Below are positions 54,324 through 64,000 of a stretch of 64,000 nucleotides of DNA, one piece after another (position 1 is the first letter of the stretch; each line of letters begins with the position of its first letter). The stretch comes from Eledone cirrhosa (Eukaryota). The stretch lies in assembly GCA_964016885.1 (NCBI GenBank), contig OZ024741.1:262384001-262448000 (forward strand). The letters run 5' to 3'. Both the position numbers and the translations under genes were made by a program. The notes below the pieces were generated by a model that made no database searches, was not told where the DNA came from, and saw only the letters and a program-made list of their open reading frames with translations.

Positions 54324-57014
54324 GTTTCGCTTTACGAATGTTTCAACTTACGAGTGTTTCGACTTACGAGTGTGTCGGCATACGAGTGTTTTGACTTACG
54401 AGATTTTTTACTTACGGGTGTTTCGACTTACGCGTGTTTCGGCTTACGAATGTTTTGACTTACGAGTGTTTTGACTTACGGGTGTTTTGACATGCGAGTG
54501 TTTCGATACGAGTGTTTCGACTCACGAGTGTTCTGACTTACGAGTGTTTTGACTTACGGTGTTTCGGTTTACGTGTGTTTCGACTTACGAGTGTTTTGAC
54601 TTACGGGTGTTTTGACATACGAGTGTTTCGATACGAGTGTTCTGACTTACGAGTGTTCTGACTTACGAGTGTTCTGACTTACGGGTGTTCTGACTTACGA
54701 GTGTTCCGACTTACGAGTGTTTCGACTTATGAGTGTTTCGGCTTACGAGCGTTTCGACTACGAGTGTTTCGACTTACGAATGTTTTTGCTTACGAGTGTT
54801 TCGACTTACGAATGTTTTTGCTTACGAATGTTTTTGTTTACGAGTGTTCCGACCTACGAGTGTTTCGGCTACGGATGTTCCGACTTACGAGTATTTTCGG
54901 CTTACGAGTGTTTCGACTTACGAGTGTTTTGACTTACGGGTGTTTCGACTTACGAGTGTTTTGGTTTACGTGTGTTTCGACTTACGAATGTTTCGGCTTA
55001 CGAGTGTTTCGATTTACGAGTGTTTCGACTTACGGTTGTTCTGACTTACGGGTATTCCGACTTACGAGTGATTTGGCATACGAGTGTTTCGACTTACGAG
55101 TGTTTTCGGCTTACGAGTGTTTCGACTTACGAGTGTTTTGACTTACGATTGTTTCGGCTTACGAGTGTTTCGACTTACGAGTGTTTCGGCTTACGAGTGT
55201 TTCGTCTTATGAGTGTTTTGACTTAAGGGTGTTTCGACGAGTGTTTCCTTACGAGTGTTTCGACTTACGGGTGTTCTGACTTACGAGTGTTCTGATTTAC
55301 GGATGTTTCGAATTATGACTGTTTCGACTACGAGTGTTTCGACTTACGAGTGTTTCGACTACGAGTGTTTCAACTTACGAGTGTTCTGACTTACGAGTGT
55401 TCTGACTTACGGGTGTTCTGACTTACGAGTGTTCCGACTTACGAGTGTTTCGTCTTATGAGTGTTTCGGCTTACGAGCGTTTCGACTACGAGTGTTTCGA
55501 CTTACGAATGTTTTTGCTAACGAGTGTTTCGACTTACGAATGTTTTTGCTTACGAGTGTTTCGGCTTACGAGTGTTTCGACTTACAAGTGTTTCGACTTA
55601 CGAGTGTTTTGACTTACGGTGTTTCGGCTTACGAGTGTTTCGACATACGAGTGTTTTGACTTACCGGTGTTTCGACTTACGGGTGTTTCGACTTACGAGA
55701 GTTTCGACTTACGAGTGTTCTGACTTACGAGTGTTCTGACTTACGAGTGTTCCGACTTGCGAGTGTTTCGGGTTACGAGTGTTTCGACATGCGTTTTTTT
55801 TTACTTACGGATGTTTCGACTTACGGGTGTTTCGACTCACGAGTGTTTCTACTTACGAGTGTTTCGACTTACGAGTGTTCCGACTTACGAGTGTTTTAAC
55901 TTACGAGTGTTCCGACTTACGAGTGTTTCGGCTTACGAGTGTTTCGGCTCACGAGTGTTTCGACTTAGGAGTGTTCCGACTTACGAGTGTTTCGGCTACG
56001 GATGTTCCGACTTACGAGTATTTTCGGCTTACGAGTGTTTTGACTTACGATTGTTTTGACTTACGGGTATTTCGGCTTACGAGTGTTTCGACTTACGGTT
56101 GTTCTGACTTACGGGTATTCCGACTTACGATTGATTTGGCATACGAGTGTTTCGACTTACGAGTGTTTTCGGCTTACGAGTGTTTCGACTTACGAGTGTT
56201 TTGACTTACGATTGTTTCGGCTTACGAGTGTTTAGACTTACGAGTGTTTCGGCTTACGATTGTTTCGTCTTATGAGTGTTTTGACTTAAGGGTGTTTCGA
56301 CGAGTGTTTCGATACGAGTGTTTCGATTTACGGGTGTTCTGACTTACGAGTGTTCTGATTTACGGATGTTACGAATTATGAGTGTTTCGACTACGAGTGT
56401 TTCGACTTACGAGTGTTTCGACTACGAGTGTTTCGACTTACGAGTGTTCTGACTTACGAGTGTTCTGACTTACGGGTGTTCTGACTTACGAGTGTTCCGA
56501 CTTACGAGTGTTTCGGCTTATGAGTGTTTCGGCTTACGAGCGTTTCGACTACGCGTGTTTCGACTTACGAATGTTTTTGCTAACGAGTGTTTCGACTTAC
56601 GAATGTTTTTGCTTACGAGTGTTTCGGCTTACGAGTGTTTCGACTTACAAGTATTTCGACTTACGAGTGTTCTGACTTACGAGTGTTCTGACTTACGAGT
56701 GTTCCGACTTACGAGTGTTTCGGCTTACGAGTGTTTCGGCTTACGTGTGTTTCGGCTTACGAGTGTTTCGACTTACGAGTGTTCCGACTTACGAGTGTTT
56801 CGACTTACGAGTGTTTTGGCTTACGGTGTTTCGGCTTACGAATGTTTTGACTTACGAGTGTTTTGACTTACGGGTGTTTTGACATACGAGTGTTTCGATA
56901 CGAGTGTTCTGACTTACGAGTGTTCTGACTTACGAGTGTTCTGACTTACGAGTGTTCCGACTTACGAGTGTTTCGGCTCAAGAGTGTTTCGGCTTACGAG
57001 TGTTTCGACTACGA

Positions 57015-57083
57015 AAATAACAAATAGACGCGGTTTCAAATCTCTACGCTTTTAAAGTTCATTACATTAATCTTTATTTATAC
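57015..57083. repeat. 69-bp AT-rich island, copy 19 (copy-11 type, ATG>ACG)
   Basis: Reads TCTCTACGCTTTTAAAGTTC. Confidence 0.95.
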
Positions 57084-58699
57084 GTTTCGCTTTACGAATG
57101 TTTCGACTTACGAGTGTTTCGACTTACGAGTGTTTCGGCTTACGAGTGTTTCGGCTCACGAGTGTTTCGACTTACGAGTGTTTCGACTTACGAGTGTTTT
57201 GACTTACGTGTGTTTCGACTTACGAGTGTTTTGGTTTACGTGTGTTTCGACTTACGAATGTTTCGGCTTACGAGTGTTTCGACTTACGAGTGTTTTGACT
57301 TACGGGTGTTTCGACTTACGAGTGTTTTGGTTTACGTGTGTTTCGACTTACGAATGTTTCGGCTTACGAGTGTTTCGACTTACGAGTGTTTCGACTTACG
57401 GTTGTTCTGACTTACGGGTATTCCGACTTACGAGTGATTTGGCATACGAGTGTTTCGACTTACGAGTGTTTTCGGCTTACGAGTGTTTCGACTTACGAGT
57501 GTTTCGACTTACGAATGTTTCGACATGCGAGTTTTTTTACTTACGGATGTTTCGACTTACGGGTGTTTCGACTCACGAGTGTTTCTACTTACGAGTGTTT
57601 CGACTTACGAGTGTTCCGACTTACGAGTGTTTTGACTTACGAGTGTTCCGACTTACGAGTGTTTCGGCTTACGAGTGTTTCGGCTCACGAGTGTTCCGAC
57701 TTACGAGTGTTCCGACTTACGAGTGTTTCGGCTACGGATGTTCCGACTTACGAGTATTTTCGGCTTACGAGTGTTTTGACGTACGATTGTTTTGACTTAC
57801 GGGTATTTCGGCTTACGAGTGTTTCGACTTACGAGTGTTTCGACTTACGAGTGTTTTGACTTACGGGTGTTTCGACTTACGAGTGTTTTGGTTTACGTGT
57901 GTTTCGACTTACGAATGCTTCGGTTTACGAGTGTTTCGACTTACGAGTGTTTTGACTTACGGGTGTTTCGACTTACGAGTGTTTTGGTTTACGAGTGTTT
58001 CGACTTACGAATGTTTCGTCTTACGAGTGTTTCGACTTACGAGTGTTTAAACTTGCGAGTGTTTTGACTTACGGGTGTTTCGACTTACGAGTGTTTTGGT
58101 TTACGTGTGTTTCGACTTACGAGTGTTTCGACTTACGAGTGTTTCGACTTACGAGTGTTTTGACTTACGGGTGTTTCGACTTACGAGTGTTTTGGTTTAC
58201 GTGTGTTTCGACTTACGAATGTTTCGACTTACGAGTGTTTTGACTTACGATTGTTTCGGCTTACGAGTGTTTCGACTTACGAGTGTTTCGGCTTACGAGT
58301 GTTTCGGCTTACGAGTGTTTTGACTTAAGGGTGTTTCGACGAGTGTTTCGATACGAGTGTTTCGACTTACGGGTGTTCTGGCTTACGAGTGTTCTGATTT
58401 ACGGATGTTTCGACTTATGAGTGTTTCGACTACGAGTGTTTCGACTTACGAGTGTTTCGACTACGAGTGTTTCGACTTACGAGTGTTTCGACTTACGAGT
58501 GTTCTGATACGAGTGTTCTGACTTACGAGTGTTCCGACTTACGAGTGTTTCGGCTTACGAGTGTTTCGGCTTACGTGTGTTTCGACTTACGAGTGTTTTG
58601 GCTTACGGTGTTTCGGCTTACGAATGTTTTGACTTACGAGTGTTTTGACTTACGAGTGTTCCGACTTACGGGTGTTTCGACTTACGAGTGTTTTGACTT

Positions 58700-61600
58700 A
58701 CGAGTGTTTTGACTTACGAGTGTTCCGACTTACGAGTGTTTCGGCTTACGAGTGTTTCGGCTCACGAGTGTTTCGACTTACGAGTGTTTTGAATTACGAA
58801 TGTTTTGCCTTACGGGTGTTTCGGTTTACGGGTGTTTTGACTTACGAGTGTTCTGACTTACGAGTGTTCCGGCTTACGAGTGTTTCGGCTTACGAGTGTT
58901 TTGGTTTACGTGTGTTTCGACTTACGAATGTTTCGGCTTACGAGTGTTTCGACTTACGAGTGTTCCGACCTACGAGTGTTTCGGCTACGGATGTTCCGAC
59001 TTACGGGTGTTTCGGCTTATGAGTGTTTCGAATTACGAGTGTTTTGACTTACGGGTGTTTCGACTTACGAGTGTTTTGGTTTACGTGTGTTTCGACTTAC
59101 GAATGTTTCGGCTTACGAGTGTTTCGACTTACGAGTGTTTAAACTTACGAGTGTTTTGACTTACGGGTGTTTCGACTTACGAGTGTTTTGGTTTACGTGT
59201 GTTTCGACTTACGAATGTTTCGACTTACGAGTGTTTTGACTTACGATTGTTTCGGCTTACGAGTGTTTCGACTTACGAGTGTTTCGGCTTACGAGTGTTT
59301 CGGCTTACGAGTGTTTTGACTTAAGGGTGTTTCGACGAGTGTTTCGATACGAGTGTTTTGACTTACGATTGTTTCGGCTTACGAGTGTTTCGACTTACGA
59401 GTGTTTTGACTTACGATTGTTTCGACTTACGAGTGTTTTGACTTACGAGTGTTTCGGCTTATGAGTGTTTCGACTTACGAGTGTTTTGACTTACGGGTGT
59501 TTCGACTACGAGTGTTTCGACTTACGAGTGTTCTGACTTACGAGTGTTCTGACTTACGAGTGTTCCGACTTACGAGTGTTTCGGCTTACGAGTGTTTCGG
59601 CTTACGTGTGTTTCTTCTTACGAGTGTTTCGACTTACGAGTGTTCCGACTTACGAGTGTTTCGACCTACGAGTGTTTTGACTTACGGTGTTTCGGCTTAC
59701 GAATGTTTTGACTTACGAGTGTTTTGACTTACGGGTGTTTTGACATACGAGTGTTTCGATACGAGTGTTCTGACTTATGAGTGTTCTGACTTACGATTGT
59801 TCTGACTTACGAGTGTTCTGACTTACGAGTGTTCCGACTTACGAGTGTTTCGGCTCACGAGTGTTTCGGCTTACGAGTGTTTCGACTACGAAAATAACAA
59901 ATAGACGCGGTTTCAAATCTCTATGCTTTTCAAGTTCATTACATTAATCTTTATTTATACGTTTCGCTTTACGAATGTTTCGACTTACGAGTGTTTCGAC
60001 TTACGAGTGTTTCGGCTTACGAGTGTTTCGGCTCACGAGTGTTTCGACTTAAGAGTGTTTCGACTAAACGAGTGTTTCGACTTACGAGTGCTTTTGCCAT
60101 ACGGGTGTTTCGGTTTACGAGTGTTTCGACTTACGAGTGTTCTGACTTACGAGTGTTCCGACTTACGAGTGTTTCGACTTACGAGTGTTTCGACTTACGA
60201 GTGTTCCGACCTACGAGTGTTTCGGCTTACGGGTGTTCCGACCTACGAGTGTTTCGACTGACGAGTGTTTTGACTTACGACTGTTTCGGCTTACGAGTGT
60301 TTCGACTTACGAGTGTTTCGACTTACGAGTGTTCTGACTTACGAGTGTTCTGACTTACGAGTGTTCCGACTTACGAGTGTTTCGGCTTACGAGTGTTTCG
60401 ACATGCGAGTGTTTTGACTTACGGATGTATCGACTTACGGGTGTTTCGACTCACGAGTGTTTCTACTTACGAGTGTTTCGACTTACGAGTGTTTCGACTT
60501 ACGAGTGTTTCGGCTTACGAGTGTTTCGGCTCACGAGTTTTTCGACTTACGAGTGTTTTGAATTACGAATGTTTTGCCTTACGGGTGTTTCGGTTTACGA
60601 GTGTTTTGACTTACGAGTATTCTGACTTACGAGTGTTCCGACTTACGGGTGTTTCGGCTTACGAGTGTTTCGACTTACGAGTGTTTTGTCTTACGATTGT
60701 TTCGGCTTACGAGTGTTTCGACTTACGAGTGTTTTGACTTACGGGTGTTTTGACATACGAGTGTTTCGATACGAGTGTTCTGACTTACGAGTGTTCTGAC
60801 TTACGAGTCTTCTGACTTACGGGTGTTCTGACTTACGAGTGTTCCGACTTACGAGTGTTTCGACTACGAGTGTTTCGACTTACGAATGTTTTTGCTTACG
60901 AGTGTTTCGACTTACGAATGTTTTTGCTTACGAATGTTTTTGCTTACGAGTGTTCTGACTTACGAGTGTTTTGACTTACGAGTGTTCCGACTTACGAGTG
61001 TTTTGGTTTACGTGTGTTTCGACTTACGAATGTTTCGGCTTACGAGTGTTTCGACTTACGAGTGTTCCGACCTACGAGTGTTTCGGCTACGGATGTTCCG
61101 ACTTACGAGTATTTTCGGCTTACGAGTGTTTTGACTTACGATTGTTTTGACTTACGATTGTTTCGGCTTACGAGTGTTTCGACATACGAGTGTTTCGATT
61201 TACGAGTGTTTTGACTTAAGAATATTTTGACTTACGGGTGTTTCGGCTTACGAGTGTTTCGACTTACGAGTGTTTTGACTTACGGGTGTTTCGACTTACG
61301 AGTGTTTTGGTTTACGTGTGTCTCGACTTACGAATGTTTCGGCTTACGAGTGTTTCGACTTACTAGTGTTTCGACTTACGGTTGTTCTGACTTACTGGTA
61401 TTCCGACTTACGAGTGATTTGGCATACGAGTGTTTCGACTTACGAGTGTTTTCGGCTTACGAGTGTTTCGACTTACGAGTGTTTTGACTTACGATTGTTT
61501 CGGCTTACGAGTGTTTCGACTTACGAGTGTTTCGGCTTACGAGTGTTTCGGCTTATGAGTGTTTTGACTTAAAGGTGTTTCGACGAGTGTTTCGATACGA

Positions 61601-63140
61601 GTGTTTCGACTTACGGGTGTTCTGACTTACGAGTGTTCTGATTTACGGATGTTTCGAATTATGAGTGTTTCGACTACGAGTGTTTCGACTTACGAGTGTT
61701 TCGACTACGAGTGTTTTGACTTACGAGTGTTCTGACTTACGAGTGTTCTGACTTACGTGTGTTCTGACTTACGAGTGTTCCGACTTACGAGTGTTTCGGC
61801 TTATGAATGTTTCGGCTTACGAGCGTTTCGACTAGGAGTGTTTCGACTTACGAATGTTTTTGCTAACGAGTGTTTCGACTTACAAGTGTTTCGACTTACG
61901 AGCGTTTTGACTTACGGTGTTTCGGCTTACGAGTGTTTCGACATACGAGTGTTTTGACTTACCGGTGTTTCGACTTACGGGTGTTTCGACTTACGAGAGT
62001 TTCGACTTACGAGTGCTCTGACTTACGAGTGTTCTGACTTACGAGTGTTCCGACTTGCGGGTGTTCTGACTTACGAGTGTTCCGACTTACGAGTGTTTCG
62101 ACTTATGAGTGTTTCGGCTTACGAGCGTTTCGACTACGAGTGTTTCGACTTACGAATGTTTTTGCTTACGAGTGTTTCGACTTACGAATGTTTTTGCTTA
62201 CGAATGTTTTTGCTTACGAGTGTTCTGACTTACGAGTGTTTTGACTTACGAGTGTTCCGACTTACGAGTGTTTTGGTTTACGTGTGTTTCGACTTACGAA
62301 TGTTTCGGCTTACGAGTGTTTCGACTTACGAGTGTTCCGACCTACGAGTGTTTCGGCTACGGATGTTCCGACTTACGAGTATTTTCGGCTTACGAGTGTT
62401 TCGACTTACGAGTGTTTTGACTTACGGGTGTTTCGACTTACGAGTGTTTTGGTTTACGTGTGTTTCGACTTACGAATGTTTCGGCTTACGAGTGTTTCGA
62501 TTTACGAGTGTTTCGACTTACGGTTGTTCTGACTTACGGGTATTCCGACTTACGAGTGATTTGGCATACGAGTGTTTCGACTTACGAGTGTTTTCGGCTT
62601 ACGAGTGTTTCGACTTACGAGTGTTTTGACTTACGATTGTTTCGGCTTACGAGTGTTTCGACTTACGAGTGTTTCGGCAAACGAGTGTTTCGTCTTATGA
62701 GTGTTTTGACTTAAGGGTGTTTCGACGAGTGTTTCCTTACGAGTGTTTCGACTTACGGGTGTTTTGACATACGAGTGTTTCGACTAACTAATGTTTTTAC
62801 TTACGAGTGTTTCGGCGTACGAATGTTTTGACTTACGGGTGTTTCGGCTTACCAGTGTTTCGACTTACGAGTCTTTCGGCTTACGAGTGTTTCGACTTAC
62901 TAATGTTTTTACTTACGAGTGTTTCGGCGTACGAGTGTTTCGACTTACGAGTGTTTCGACTTACGGGTGTTTTGACTTACGGGTGTTTCGGCTTACGAGT
63001 GTTTCGACTTACGAGTGTTTTGACTTAAGGGTGTTTCGACTTACGAGTATTTTTGGCTTACGAGTGTTTCGACTTACGAGTGTTTTGACTTACGAGTGAT
63101 CTGATTTACAGATGTTTCGACATACGAGTGTTTCGACTTA
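58700..63140 (+). repeat. Higher-order copy of positions ~18600-22970
   Basis: Offsets 40086 (18810/58896, 19837/59923), 39957 (21057/61014) and 40179 (22612/62791); shared rare variants GACTAAACG, GGCAAACG and TTTCTTCTTACG. Confidence 0.9.
59892..59960. repeat. 69-bp AT-rich island, copy 20
   Basis: As copy 4, 40086 bp downstream. Confidence 0.95.
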
Positions 63141-64000
63141 CGAGTGTTTCGACTTACGAGTGTTTTGACTTACGATTGTTTCGGCTTACGAGTGTTTCGA
63201 CTTACGAGTGTTTCGGCTTACGAGTGTTTCGGCTTATGAGTGTTTTGACTTAAGGGTGTTTCGACGAGTGTTTCGATACGAGTGATTCGACTTACGGGTG
63301 TTCTGACTTACGAGTGTTCTGATTTACGGATGTTTCGAATTATGAGTGTTTCGACTACGAGTGTTTCGACTTACGAGTGTTTCGACTACGAGTGTTTTGA
63401 CTTACGAGTGTTCTGACTTACGAGTGTTCTGACTTACGGGTGTTCTGACTTACGAGTGTTCCGACTTACGAGTGTTTCGGCTTATGAGTGTTTCGGCTTA
63501 CGAGCGTTTCGACTAGGAGTGTTTCGACTTACGAATGTTTTTGCTAACGAGTGTTTCGACTTACGAGTGTTTCGACTTACAAGTGTTTCGACTTACGTGT
63601 GTTTTGACTTACGGTGTTTCGGCTTACGAGTGTTTCGACATACGAGTGTTTTTGACTTACCGGTGTTTCGACTTACGGGTGTTTCGACTTACGAGAGTTT
63701 CGACTTACGAGTGTTCTGACTTACGAGTGTTCTGACTTACGAGTGTTCCGACTTGCGAGTGTTTCGGCCTACGAGTGTTTCGACATGCGAGTTTTTTGAC
63801 TTACGGATGTTTCGTCTTACGGGTGTTTCGACTCACGAGTGTTTCTACTTACGAGTGTTTCGACTTACGAGTGTTCCGACTTACGAGTGTTTTGACTTAC
63901 GAGTGTTCCGACTTACGAGTGTTTCGGCTTACGAGTGTTTCGGCTCACGGGTGTTCCGACTTACGAGTGTTCCGACTTACGAGTGTTTCGGCTACGGATG

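Larger units (their letters stand above)
44970..56590 (+). repeat. 11.6-kb block: compact copy of 23940-44970
   Basis: Offsets step 21030 > 19067 > 16797 > 16861 > 11616 (24324/45354, 29129/48196, 33250/50047, 37425/54286, 43813/55429). Confidence 0.9.
1..64000 (+). repeat. 16-bp tandem satellite array, consensus GACTTACGAGTGTTTC, head-to-tail, running off both window ends
   Basis: Seen directly throughout. Common variants are ..TTTCGA, ..TTTCGG, ..TTTTGA, ..TTCTGA and ..TTCCGA. 12-, 14-, 15- and 17-bp length variants also occur. No reverse-orientation monomer (GAAACACTCGTAAGTC) was seen. Confidence 0.99.

Noticed and set aside
50-63735. Hundreds of + strand ORFs of 60-221 aa (LRVFRLTSVSTYECFD repeats)
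   Set aside because: They follow arithmetically from a stop-free 16-bp unit: all three frames give the same peptide, they overlap each other, most start at GTG/TTG, they end wherever a TGA or TAA variant falls, and 12/14/15/17-bp monomers shift frame freely. No coding constraint is visible.
1-64000. CRISPR array
   Set aside because: The repeats are contiguous with no unique spacers, the only intervening sequence is the same 69-mer each time, and there are no cas genes or leader.
1-64000. Canonical telomerase repeat (GGCTTA resembles nematode TTAGGC; the TACGGATGT variant resembles part of the Candida albicans repeat)
   Set aside because: These are isolated sub-words of variant monomers, never tandem hexamers. 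The consensus lacks G tracts, and variants are inherited in blocks rather than freshly templated.
1-64000. Canonical CENP-B boxes
   Set aside because: The TTCG..A..CGGG spacing is 2 nt short of the 17-bp box, and CGGG occurs only in a minority variant. Kept only as a speculative finding.
1-64000. Purely synthetic or artefactual sequence (concatemer, low-complexity read noise)
   Set aside because: Rare variants recur in consistent nested blocks with private SNPs, as expected of an evolved array. Individual block copy numbers could still be assembly errors.
1-64000. Bacterial iterons, phage origin repeats or terminators
   Set aside because: The scale (64 kb or more, gene-free) is far beyond such elements; there is no rep gene and no GC hairpin followed by a U tract.

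Overview
The whole 64 kb window is one head-to-tail satellite array of a 16-bp monomer, consensus GACTTACGAGTGTTTC (about 4,000 copies by length). All monomers lie in one orientation; I saw no inversions and no unique flanking DNA. I find no protein-coding gene, RNA gene, CRISPR array or intact mobile element. Every ORF in the track is a translation artefact: the + strand consensus has no stop codon and gives the same 16-aa repeat (LRVFRLTSVSTYECFD) in all three frames, while the - strand has a TAA in every monomer. The only non-satellite sequence is a 69-bp AT-rich island (AAATAACAAATAGACGCGGTTTCAAATCTCTATGCTTTTCAAATTCATTACATTAATCTTTATTTATAC), present 20 times, always at the same monomer position and orientation, 0.96-6.9 kb apart. 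Variant monomers reveal nested higher-order structure: tandem duplications of about 1.96, 2.2-2.3 and 5.25 kb inside a duplicated 11.6-kb block, plus copies at offsets of about 7.8, 10.6 and 40.1 kb. The architecture is most typical of eukaryotic centromeric, pericentromeric or telomere-associated heterochromatin. Organism and function cannot be determined from the sequence alone. Block boundaries were read by eye and from ORF-track offsets, so they are approximate.
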